Of a stretch of DNA of 64,000 bases, positions 56,346-64,000 are shown in pieces. The notes below the pieces were generated by a model that saw only the letters and a list, made by a program, of their open reading frames with translations, was not told the origin of the DNA and did not search any database. The position numbers and the translations under genes are program-made. Origin of the DNA: Candidatus Ozemobacteraceae bacterium (GTDB taxonomy: Bacteria; Muiribacteriota; Ozemobacteria; Ozemobacterales; Ozemobacteraceae); contig OZ223236.1 in NCBI GenBank assembly GCA_965140445.1, positions 512,001 through 576,000 of the forward strand, read 5' to 3'. Within the stretch, counting starts at the first letter, position 1; every line of letters starts with the position of its first letter.

Positions 56346-58346
56346 ATGAGACAATTTGGAAAATTTTGTATTTTGGCAACTTTGATTCTTTGTGGTCAAT
56401 TGATGCCACTTATGGCACAGCCTAGTTTGAACTCAGCTGATCAGATGATTTTGGCAGCGAAAAATGAGTTTAAAGAAAGTGAGGCTTTTGCTGTAATAAG
56501 AGATGGAAAGAATCCCGAAGTTTTTTACGTGGTCCCGGGGAGACCTCGATTAGAAGTTAGAGGAAAGGGTGCTAACGAAAGACCTGTTTTTCATCTTTTA
56601 AAGTTCCAACATCAGGAAAAAAACGGGGATGTTACTCAGGGAGGTGTTCTTCAGTTTTCTGTAACTTTTGGGATTCCAGAGGTAGTTAGAAGAAATTTAG
56701 CACCTGAAATTAAATCGGCTTTTAAGGTAAAAAAAATTCGATATGCTCCTTTTCCTATAAAGAGCTCTCAAATTAAATTTTATTCTCTTGCGGGAAAACC
56801 ACTTGAGACTGATGATAAAAGTAAAACTAAGATAAATAGTGGCTCAGATTCATCCGAAGGTATTGGCCCCGGTTTTGGAAGTCAGGCAATTCCTTTTCAG
56901 GCAAGACTAACCGATTTGGACTCGGATTTATATGACAACTTAACAAAGGGTAATGCAGGAATTCCAGTTATCATGAACATTACCTATCAAGGGATAACTC
57001 CAAAGCTTGGAGCCAAAGTAACTGTAAACTGGGATCAGACTTATAAGTCCTTGGCAATGGATTATAAATACGACGTAGGTGTGGGTTGCAAATTTGTTAA
57101 TGCTAACGAGGGTTTTGATCTTGGCTGGGCGAAAGATAAGCTGATGAAAAATGACAGCTTGAAAATTGAATCCACTACAGGAGAAGGCTTTTCAGATGCT
57201 GATTTAGCAGCTGTTTTGGATCAAATCATTCCAAAAATTATTGCTGAAATGTTTGAAACGAATAAGGGAAGTCTTGGCTTTCCTGAAGAAATTCCTGATA
57301 CTCTTGCTAAGAGTCTTTCTGAAAAGGATAACAAGCCTGAGTCAAGTGGTGGCCTTGGAGATATTATAGGAAGCATCGCTTCTGGAGCATCTGCTTTGGC
57401 AGCTCTTTCAACTGGCATTATGGATATGTCAGCAGAGTGTAGCCAGAAGTTTACTTTGAAATCAAAGGAAAGAGTCAAAAAAGGGCATCAGGTTTTTGAG
57501 CTTAACAAGCGTTCAATAGTAACAAGAAATTGTTCTTTTGGCTCATGTCTAAACATTAAGCCATGGATCAAATACAAAGATGAACTAATTTCTGTTATGC
57601 AGCCAGGCAATTGGGAAACGGCCTTTTTTGCCCTTCCTGCTGTTGGTGATTGTGATTCTCTCGGTATTAGAAGCATAGACATGTTAATTTCTCCATCATA
57701 TAAAGGCAAAAGACTTCCTGGAACAGCTGCTCAGGTGGCTAGATATATGCAAAAAGACGGTGAAGGATCTTGGAAAGACAGAAAAGGGAATGAGATCATA
57801 AATTTATGCTTCCCTATTATGTCATTGATGCAAAGCAAAAAATATAAGATTGATGATTTGTCTTTTAAAGTTGAAACAACCATTACCATGAAATCTGGAA
57901 AGCCACTAAAAATTGAAAAAGAGGTACCAATGGTGAATGGGGACACCCCTCTTACAACTCCAGAAGCATATGCTGATGTGGTGAAAATTGATGGAAATTT
58001 GTTATTCTTCGATACAGTTAATCGAAAGGGGTTAGCCAGAGTAAAAGGTCGTATTAAAGCCAGTAAGCCTACTTTTGTAGCTAATTTTGTTTTGAGTCCA
58101 GATAACCCCGAATTTGTTACACTGATTCCCTCTGATTCAAAATCAGTAGTAGCTGACATAGATTTCCTGAGATTTACTGGAAAGAGAAACAAATACAAAA
58201 ATAGCGGTAAAGACATGAAAGATTACTGTGCAGACCTTGATTTATTTCTTTTTGACAGTATGTGGTTGAACGAAGGTGAAAAGATTACAGATTTCACATC
58301 AGACTCCTTTGATAACGATGATAGTAGTTCAGACGGATACTATTGA
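56346..58346 (+). CDS. Large secreted hypothetical protein
   Basis: GGAGG RBS, signal peptide, 666 aa beta-rich, followed by terminator. Confidence 0.65.
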   Translation: MRQFGKFCILATLILCGQLMPLMAQPSLNSADQMILAAKNEFKESEAFAVIRDGKNPEVFYVVPGRPRLEVRGKGANERPVFHLLKFQHQEKNGDVTQGGVLQFSVTFGIPEVVRRNLAPEIKSAFKVKKIRYAPFPIKSSQIKFYSLAGKPLETDDKSKTKINSGSDSSEGIGPGFGSQAIPFQARLTDLDSDLYDNLTKGNAGIPVIMNITYQGITPKLGAKVTVNWDQTYKSLAMDYKYDVGVGCKFVNANEGFDLGWAKDKLMKNDSLKIESTTGEGFSDADLAAVLDQIIPKIIAEMFETNKGSLGFPEEIPDTLAKSLSEKDNKPESSGGLGDIIGSIASGASALAALSTGIMDMSAECSQKFTLKSKERVKKGHQVFELNKRSIVTRNCSFGSCLNIKPWIKYKDELISVMQPGNWETAFFALPAVGDCDSLGIRSIDMLISPSYKGKRLPGTAAQVARYMQKDGEGSWKDRKGNEIINLCFPIMSLMQSKKYKIDDLSFKVETTITMKSGKPLKIEKEVPMVNGDTPLTTPEAYADVVKIDGNLLFFDTVNRKGLARVKGRIKASKPTFVANFVLSPDNPEFVTLIPSDSKSVVADIDFLRFTGKRNKYKNSGKDMKDYCADLDLFLFDSMWLNEGEKITDFTSDSFDNDDSSSDGYY

Positions 58347-58373
58347 TTTAATTTAAAGTAAAATTTTTAGTAG

Positions 58374-58406
58374 CTCCTTTTGCTTTTAAGCAAAAGGAGT
58401 TTTTTT
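58374..58406 (+). terminator. Intrinsic terminator
   Basis: CTCCTTTTGCT-ttta-AGCAAAAGGAG + T7. Confidence 0.8.
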
Positions 58407-58445
58407 ATATTTAATTTGCTTGCCTGATTAGATTAGAATTTAGAT

Positions 58446-59234
58446 ATGAATAAAAAAGAGTTTTTGCAGACAGCTAAGGTTCGTTTGCATGATATGAAAA
58501 ATTTATTTGAGGAACTTTTTGTAGATTTTTCGACGACAGATTCCTGGCATGCAATAGAGGTCTATTCTGGGCTTGGGTATGCTCTTGGAGATTCGGTAAA
58601 ATTTCTGCAGGAGAATAAGAAATCTTTTGAAAATCCAGGCGAGCAATCAGCTGTGGCAGCCTTAATAGACCAAACAATGCGTTTTATGCAGACTTTAGCA
58701 GATATTATAAATTATCTGAGGAGAAAGCTGGAACTTCCAGAAGGATTGATTGAACAAGGAATTGAGCAATACAAATGCAACATTTTACCACTACTTGAAG
58801 ACCTTAATAGACTTGTATCTGATGGTGAAGATTTTTCTTCTCCCAAGAACAAAGATTTTCAAGATGCGGATTCCGAATTTCCTGTTGCTGGAATTTTTAC
58901 TCAAAGTCTGTCATTAATTATCCAGATATTTGTGTCACTGGTAGCAGCGTTTGTAATTGCTTTTTTTGGCCTGATAAAAGGTAATTGGTTTGGAACGGCA
59001 ATTGTAGCAATTTTTATTGGATTCTTCTTTGGTGAACTTATAACTGCAATTGAAAATTTTTTACATAAACCTAAGCTTAGAGGAGTTCAAAAGCTTCGTG
59101 TTGCACTTGTTTTTTGGATTTCGCTTAGCTTAGCCATTTACGCAAATTCTGTGTTATTAGGAATTAATCTAATTGGGATTTTCTTTATCACGCTTCTTGC
59201 AACAGCTCTATGGCTTAAGATAGAGGGCTGGTAA
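58446..59234 (+). CDS. Membrane hypothetical protein
   Basis: Helical N-terminus, about 4 C-terminal TMs. Confidence 0.55.
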   Translation: MNKKEFLQTAKVRLHDMKNLFEELFVDFSTTDSWHAIEVYSGLGYALGDSVKFLQENKKSFENPGEQSAVAALIDQTMRFMQTLADIINYLRRKLELPEGLIEQGIEQYKCNILPLLEDLNRLVSDGEDFSSPKNKDFQDADSEFPVAGIFTQSLSLIIQIFVSLVAAFVIAFFGLIKGNWFGTAIVAIFIGFFFGELITAIENFLHKPKLRGVQKLRVALVFWISLSLAIYANSVLLGINLIGIFFITLLATALWLKIEGW

Positions 59235-59237
59235 CAT

Positions 59238-59420
59238 CTAAATATAAACCGTTACTTTGTCCCCTTCTTCTAGATTCTTTTTTTTTATTTTTTCGCGGGC
59301 AAGATATATTTCCGATGTTGAGTCTGGATCATCAGGATTGGGAACTAGAATAACAACAATCCCGTTGGAAACCCGATCTACCACACCTCTTACTCTTTTT
59401 TTATCATTATTATTTTTCAA
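59238..59420 (-). CDS. Small DUF3006-like protein
   Basis: GVVDRV...IVVIL...LEEGDKV; GAGGAG RBS. Confidence 0.5.
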   Translation of the reverse strand: MKNNNDKKRVRGVVDRVSNGIVVILVPNPDDPDSTSEIYLAREKIKKKNLEEGDKVTVYI

Positions 59421-59506
59421 TTTAGCCGATCTCCTCTAAAAATGTTCTTTTTGTTCTAATTTAGTTATACAATTTGGAAAGAATTCGGCAAGCCTCGGGA
59501 AAAAAC

Positions 59507-60205
59507 ATGACTGAAAAAATGAATCTTCATAACCATACAGAGTTTTCAGACGGAAGCTTTAGTGCGGATGATATTGTAAATTTTGCAATAAATTCTGGTT
59601 TAGACATGATTGGAATTTCGGATCATTTTTTTACCAGTAAAATTTTCTGGGATTACAGTTATCAGGAATGGATAGAGGTAAATTGGGGCAGATATCTGCT
59701 TATGCTGGAAAATGTTACGAGTTGGTTTTCCCACAAAAAAATCAGAATTCTAAAAGGTATTGAGATTGATAGCTGCGAAGAAAGGCTACAGGTTAAATTA
59801 GAAAGTTTACCCTGGAAAGATATAAATGGCAGACTGGATTATGTACTGGTAGAATACGTAGGTGAAACTCATATCGGCGGTATGAAGCTGGAAGATCTGG
59901 GAAGAATAAGAGAATTATGTCAAATTCCAATTATTCTGGCCCATCCTGATATTGATTTTCTAAAGTTGGCTTTGCCCTTAGACAAGGTATTTGGTATATT
60001 ACGACAGTATGATATTGCTTTGGAGATTCCTGCGGGTTACAGAAACCAGTGGTTCTGGAACAATAATGATCCCAAGCTTTTACAGGATTTAACTTTGAGT
60101 ATTGGCAGCGATACTCACGATGATCTTGCTCAAGCTGGTGATATTTATAGGACGCTCGAATTTCTTCAAAAAAATAATTTGGCAGATAATTTAATAAAGC
60201 TTTAA
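59507..60205 (+). CDS. PHP-domain phosphoesterase
   Basis: NLHNHTEFSDG, ISDH, GIE, LAHP, GSDTH. Confidence 0.85.
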   Translation: MTEKMNLHNHTEFSDGSFSADDIVNFAINSGLDMIGISDHFFTSKIFWDYSYQEWIEVNWGRYLLMLENVTSWFSHKKIRILKGIEIDSCEERLQVKLESLPWKDINGRLDYVLVEYVGETHIGGMKLEDLGRIRELCQIPIILAHPDIDFLKLALPLDKVFGILRQYDIALEIPAGYRNQWFWNNNDPKLLQDLTLSIGSDTHDDLAQAGDIYRTLEFLQKNNLADNLIKL

Positions 60206-60220
60206 TAAGCATCAAGGAAG

Positions 60221-60517
60221 GTGAGGTACCCGGTGACTACTCAGAAAGAACAAGTTGTTATATCTGTTCTCGGTGCCAATACTCCCGGCATTCTTGCTGG
60301 GGTAACCCGCGCTATCGCAGAATCAAACGTAAACGTTGAAGATGTTAGCCAAAAGGTTATGGGCGAGCATTTTGCTCTAATGATGATGACTGATTTTTCC
60401 ACTGCGAACTGTCATTTTGAAGAATTTGAGAGTCGAATGCAGAAAGCAGCAGATGAGCTGAGAGTAAAAGTTTTTGTTCAGCACGAAGATGTTTTCAGAT
60501 TTCAACACCGACTCTAA
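60221..60517 (+). CDS. ACT-domain protein (UPF0237)
   Basis: VISVLG..PGILAGV, NVEDVSQ, QHEDVF..HRL; upstream of DUF711. Confidence 0.85.
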   Translation: MRYPVTTQKEQVVISVLGANTPGILAGVTRAIAESNVNVEDVSQKVMGEHFALMMMTDFSTANCHFEEFESRMQKAADELRVKVFVQHEDVFRFQHRL

Positions 60518-60530
60518 TGGAGGGTGAACA

Positions 60531-61892
60531 ATGTTATTCTCGTTAGAAGAAGTAATTGAAACCATCAGTGCCGTAGGTGTTGAAACGTTCGATGTACGAA
60601 CCATCACCTGCGGAGTCAACCTTTTAAGTTGTGCAGATCCCGATGTAAATAAATGCGCTCAAAAGGTGTATGAAAAAGTTACCAAAGTAGCGCGCGACCT
60701 GGTTCCAACTGCTCGCAAGATTGAAAAAAAGTTTGGTATCCCAATAGTAAATAAACGCATATCGGTGACTCCTGTTGCTCAACTTGCTGGAGCTTTTACT
60801 GATCCAACGGCTGTTCCAATTGCTGAGGCTCTTGATAGAGCTGCGAAAGAGCTAGGAATTGACTATGTTGCAGGTTTCAGCGCTCATGTGCAAAAAGGCT
60901 TTTCCCGTGGTGACCAGATTTTAATTAACTCAATTCCAGATGCTCTTTGCACCACAGATAGAGTTTGCTCAAGTGTAAATATTGGTAGTTCTCAAGCTGG
61001 TATAAATATGGACGGCGTTTACAGAATGGCTGAGATTGTTAAAGAAGCCGCTGGAAGAACAGCAGACCAAAATGGTCTTGCCTGTGCAAAACTAGTTGTT
61101 TTTTGTAACGCAGTTGAAGATAATCCATTTATTGCTGGATCATGTCATGGTCCAGGAGAAGCTGAAGCTATTTTAAACGTGGGTCTTTCCGGACCAGGAG
61201 TTGTTAGAGCGGCTTTACAAAATTCGGAAAATCTGACGTTTGGCGAATTGTCCGATCTGATTAAGAAAGTTAGTTTCAAGATCACAAGAATCGGGGAATT
61301 GGTTGGCCGGGAAGCTTCAAAGATGATGGGTATTCCATTTGGTATTATTGACTTGTCTTTGGCACCTACTCCTGCAAAAGGTGACTCAATTTCTGACATT
61401 CTTGAATTAATGGGACTTGAAAGAACTGGGTGTCATGGAACTACAGCAGCTTTAGCCATGCTTAATGATGCTGTTAAGAAGGGTGGAGTTATGGCCGCTA
61501 CTTATGCTGGTGGACTCTCCGGTGCCTTTATTCCTGTGACTGAAGATGCGGGCATGTGTCGTGCTGTTGAAGAAGGTGCTTTAAACATTCAAAAGCTTGA
61601 AGCTATGACATGCGTTTGTTCTGTTGGCTTAGATATGGTGGCTATCCCTGGCGATACTTCAGTTGATGTTATTGCTGGTATTATTGCTGATGAAGCTGCA
61701 ATCGGTATGGTTAATCATAAAACAACCGCTTGTCGTTTGATTCCAGTGCCAGGTATGAAAGCCGGTGACATTGTAGATTTTGGCGGCCTGCTTGGAAAAG
61801 GACCCGTAATGGCTGTTAATAAAGAATCTCCAGCTGTTCTGGTTCGACGGGGTGGTAGGATGCCGGCTCCAATCCATAGTTTTAAAAACTAG
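60531..61892 (+). CDS. PFL-like DUF711/UPF0210 protein
   Basis: [43 protein letters not shown]. Confidence 0.92.
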   Translation: MLFSLEEVIETISAVGVETFDVRTITCGVNLLSCADPDVNKCAQKVYEKVTKVARDLVPTARKIEKKFGIPIVNKRISVTPVAQLAGAFTDPTAVPIAEALDRAAKELGIDYVAGFSAHVQKGFSRGDQILINSIPDALCTTDRVCSSVNIGSSQAGINMDGVYRMAEIVKEAAGRTADQNGLACAKLVVFCNAVEDNPFIAGSCHGPGEAEAILNVGLSGPGVVRAALQNSENLTFGELSDLIKKVSFKITRIGELVGREASKMMGIPFGIIDLSLAPTPAKGDSISDILELMGLERTGCHGTTAALAMLNDAVKKGGVMAATYAGGLSGAFIPVTEDAGMCRAVEEGALNIQKLEAMTCVCSVGLDMVAIPGDTSVDVIAGIIADEAAIGMVNHKTTACRLIPVPGMKAGDIVDFGGLLGKGPVMAVNKESPAVLVRRGGRMPAPIHSFKN

Positions 61893-61908
61893 ACTTGTTT
61901 GACTTTTA

Positions 61909-61946
61909 CAAAGCCCTGATAGCTGATGAAGCTTTTCAGGGCTTTG
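61909..61946 (+). terminator. Hairpin after DUF711 gene
   Basis: CAAAGCCCTGA...TCAGGGCTTTG. Confidence 0.55.
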
Positions 61947-62119
61947 CTTATATGGTTTTGGAGGATTAATTTCCAATAATTTTTGCGCTGTCATCAATAA
62001 AAAATTAAAAGGTGCTGGAAGGGTAAGGTTTTTTAAAAGGACGTCAATTAGGGGAAAAAGCCGCGACTATCAAGTTTATGAATTGGTTGCGATGACCTGG
62101 CATTCGATTTGGTTAGAAA

Positions 62120-64000
62120 ATGTACAAAACAAAAGAAAACATAGGAAAAAGATTCTTTATAGGGGCTGTTTTGGCCGCTTTTATTCTTTTTCCAATTTTT
62201 GTTGCTTTGGTTCATCAACATTCTTTATCTGTTAAAAATTCTGAGCGACTTAGAATTCTGGTCAAAGATGAATTGCTTTCTGAACTAGGTGAATTTAAAG
62301 AGGATACTAATCCAAGGCGTTATCTCGAGAATATCTTTAAGAAGATGGAAGAAGATCTTGGACTGACTTTTTCAGGAAATGTGAGTCCCGCAGCAAAAAA
62401 TGGTGTTGATCCAGAAATTTATTCAGAGAATATCCTTGAAAGAATAAATGAATATTTAGTTCAAAAGCACGGAATAAAACCTCTTATAATTGTTTCTCAT
62501 GGATATAATTTAAAGAATTTGTCCAGCTATTTTGATCCAGTTTTTAATATTGGAAATAATGACCAAAAGCTTTTAACAAATTTATTTGGCGTATCTTTGG
62601 CTTTTGACTTAGCCAGCAAGAATGATGGCGAATGGTTACTTGAATTTGTAAAAAAAATGCAGATGACTTATGAAGAAGCGAGAGATGACAAAAGAGTGGT
62701 CATAGAAAAGCTTTTTCATAAGTATATAAGCGTTCTGGGAAAATATTCCTCAGAACGGGGTATTTGTGAGGAGGTTTTTACCTCAAAGTTTGGAAATGAA
62801 AAGCTGTATATTTTTTCAGATGGCTTAAATCAAGCTGGGTCTTCTAATATATTTGGGGGATTTTTTATACTGGTTTCAGATTTATCGGTAAAGTCCGAGA
62901 AAATTTTAAAAAATGCAGTTATTAGTCGGAATAAATCAATAAAGAGGGAAATCGTTTATTCTGAGAACGAAAGCAGAAGCAATCAGGTTAATGATAAAGG
63001 CTGGATTAAGATATCTGGAAACTGTTCTGCAGAATTCTATGGTCATTTCTCTAACGAAGTCAGGAATCTAGATCTGCCAAAAATAAGAAATCTGAAGAAT
63101 ATTTCGCTAAAGGTTTCTGCAGACTTAAATGACTTTGCATCAACATTTGAAGAAACTTTTGTTAATTTTGGCTTTTTAGCCCGGCTTTTTATCCTTTTTC
63201 TTTTAACCGGACTATTTCATTTCGCATTTTTTGGCTTTCCATATGACCCTGGTTTAAGAAGGAAAATTTTGCTGTTAACTGGAGTCATATTGCTTCTTCC
63301 TTATGCTTTGATTGGGTATAGCTCAAAACTTCTATTTGAGAATATGGATCAACTTCGAAAAAGAGAGATACAAATAGATGGCGAAAGTAGGCTTTTTGAA
63401 GTTTCACAATTTGTAAAAGATTTAAGAATTAGAAGAGTTTTGAATGGTCTAAAAGCAAAAATTTCCACAATCAAGGAGCGGGAAAATATAAGGGCCGGGC
63501 ACATGAGTGAAAAAGGTAGAGGATTTTTTAAAGAAGCAATCTTAGGCCAATTAAAGCTTTTTTACAAAGATGGCTATTTTTGCGAAATCACTAATTCATT
63601 CATTACTTATGAAGAAATTAAGCAGCTATTTATTTTAATGAGTGCGAAATATCTTGATTCAATGGGAATTTTGGACAAAAGCAAAATTGAGAATCAGAAA
63701 AATCTTCGCAAGGCTTCTTATACTGATGGATTTATTGATGGATTAACTCGTGATTACTTTGAAGGGAGACAAATGCGTAATGAAGGAGTTGAAACTCAAA
63801 ATATAACTACTCTAGAAGGTTTGTCTAAAATGTTATTTTTTCTGATTCCAGAATCAATGAATGAAAATGTATCTATAGACGCAATTGGCTTTATTCAGCT
63901 TTCAAACTTCAGAGATATTGGCAACATCTTTTTAGAGCTGGCAATCAATAAAGGCTTTCTCCTGGAGGAAATAGAACCTTTCAAAACATATAGATTTGCT
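62120..64000 (+). CDS. Large membrane sensor protein, truncated by window end; layout like the cyclases at 2-8 kb
   Basis: Manual translation MYKTKENIGKRFFIGAVLAAFILFPIF..., same frame at 63242 gives YDPGLRRKILLLTGVILLLPY (second TM pair); output domain lies beyond the window. Confidence 0.65.
   Translation, partial: MYKTKENIGKRFFIGAVLAAFILFPIFVALVHQHSLSVKNSERLRILVKDELLSELGEFKEDTNPRRYLENIFKKMEEDLGLTFSGNVSPAAKNGVDPEIYSENILERINEYLVQKHGIKPLIIVSHGYNLKNLSSYFDPVFNIGNNDQKLLTNLFGVSLAFDLASKNDGEWLLEFVKKMQMTYEEARDDKRVVIEKLFHKYISVLGKYSSERGICEEVFTSKFGNEKLYIFSDGLNQAGSSNIFGGFFILVSDLSVKSEKILKNAVISRNKSIKREIVYSENESRSNQVNDKGWIKISGNCSAEFYGHFSNEVRNLDLPKIRNLKNISLKVSADLNDFASTFEETFVNFGFLARLFILFLLTGLFHFAFFGFPYDPGLRRKILLLTGVILLLPYALIGYSSKLLFENMDQLRKREIQIDGESRLFEVSQFVKDLRIRRVLNGLKAKISTIKERENIRAGHMSEKGRGFFKEAILGQLKLFYKDGYFCEITNSFITYEEIKQLFILMSAKYLDSMGILDKSKIENQKNLRKASYTDGFIDGLTRDYFEGRQMRNEGVETQNITTLEGLSKMLFFLIPESMNENVSIDAIGFIQLSNFRDIGNIFLELAINKGFLLEEIEPFKTYRFA

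Noticed and set aside
1374..61997. Numerous 60-160 aa ORFs antisense to or nested in long genes
   Set aside because: Shadow ORFs of well-supported genes with no motifs of their own.

Overview
AT-rich bacterial window from a diderm; the gene families suggest Candidatus Riflebacteria or a relative, which is an inference. No rRNA, tRNA, CRISPR array or intact mobile element was seen. Contents in order: (1) a tandem cluster of large membrane class III nucleotide cyclases, two of which carry complementary halves of the active site; (2) an arsR-arsP-arsE/F/G-arsC-like metalloid/redox operon plus peroxiredoxin and a PerR/Fur-type regulator; (3) two divergent operons of prepilin-like proteins; (4) an ~11.5 kb locus (22.6-34.0 kb) joined by four copies of an ECF-type promoter TGTKACTT-N14-TCGTA, holding pseudopilins, a CHASE2-PP2C phosphatase, a FecR lipoprotein, STAS, ECF sigma/anti-sigma and two LysM proteins; (5) housekeeping and hypothetical genes (xerD, heme-c sensor kinase, satP, ACT/DUF711). 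The strongest novelty candidate is a ~1.1 kb GC-elevated, highly structured unit at ~47.9-49.0 kb with no credible ORF. It has an rRNA-style sigma70 promoter, a boxA-like element, 5'/3' end pairing, GNRA hairpins, about six copies of a bipartite internal motif and an intrinsic terminator. It looks like a large non-coding RNA that I cannot assign to a known class.
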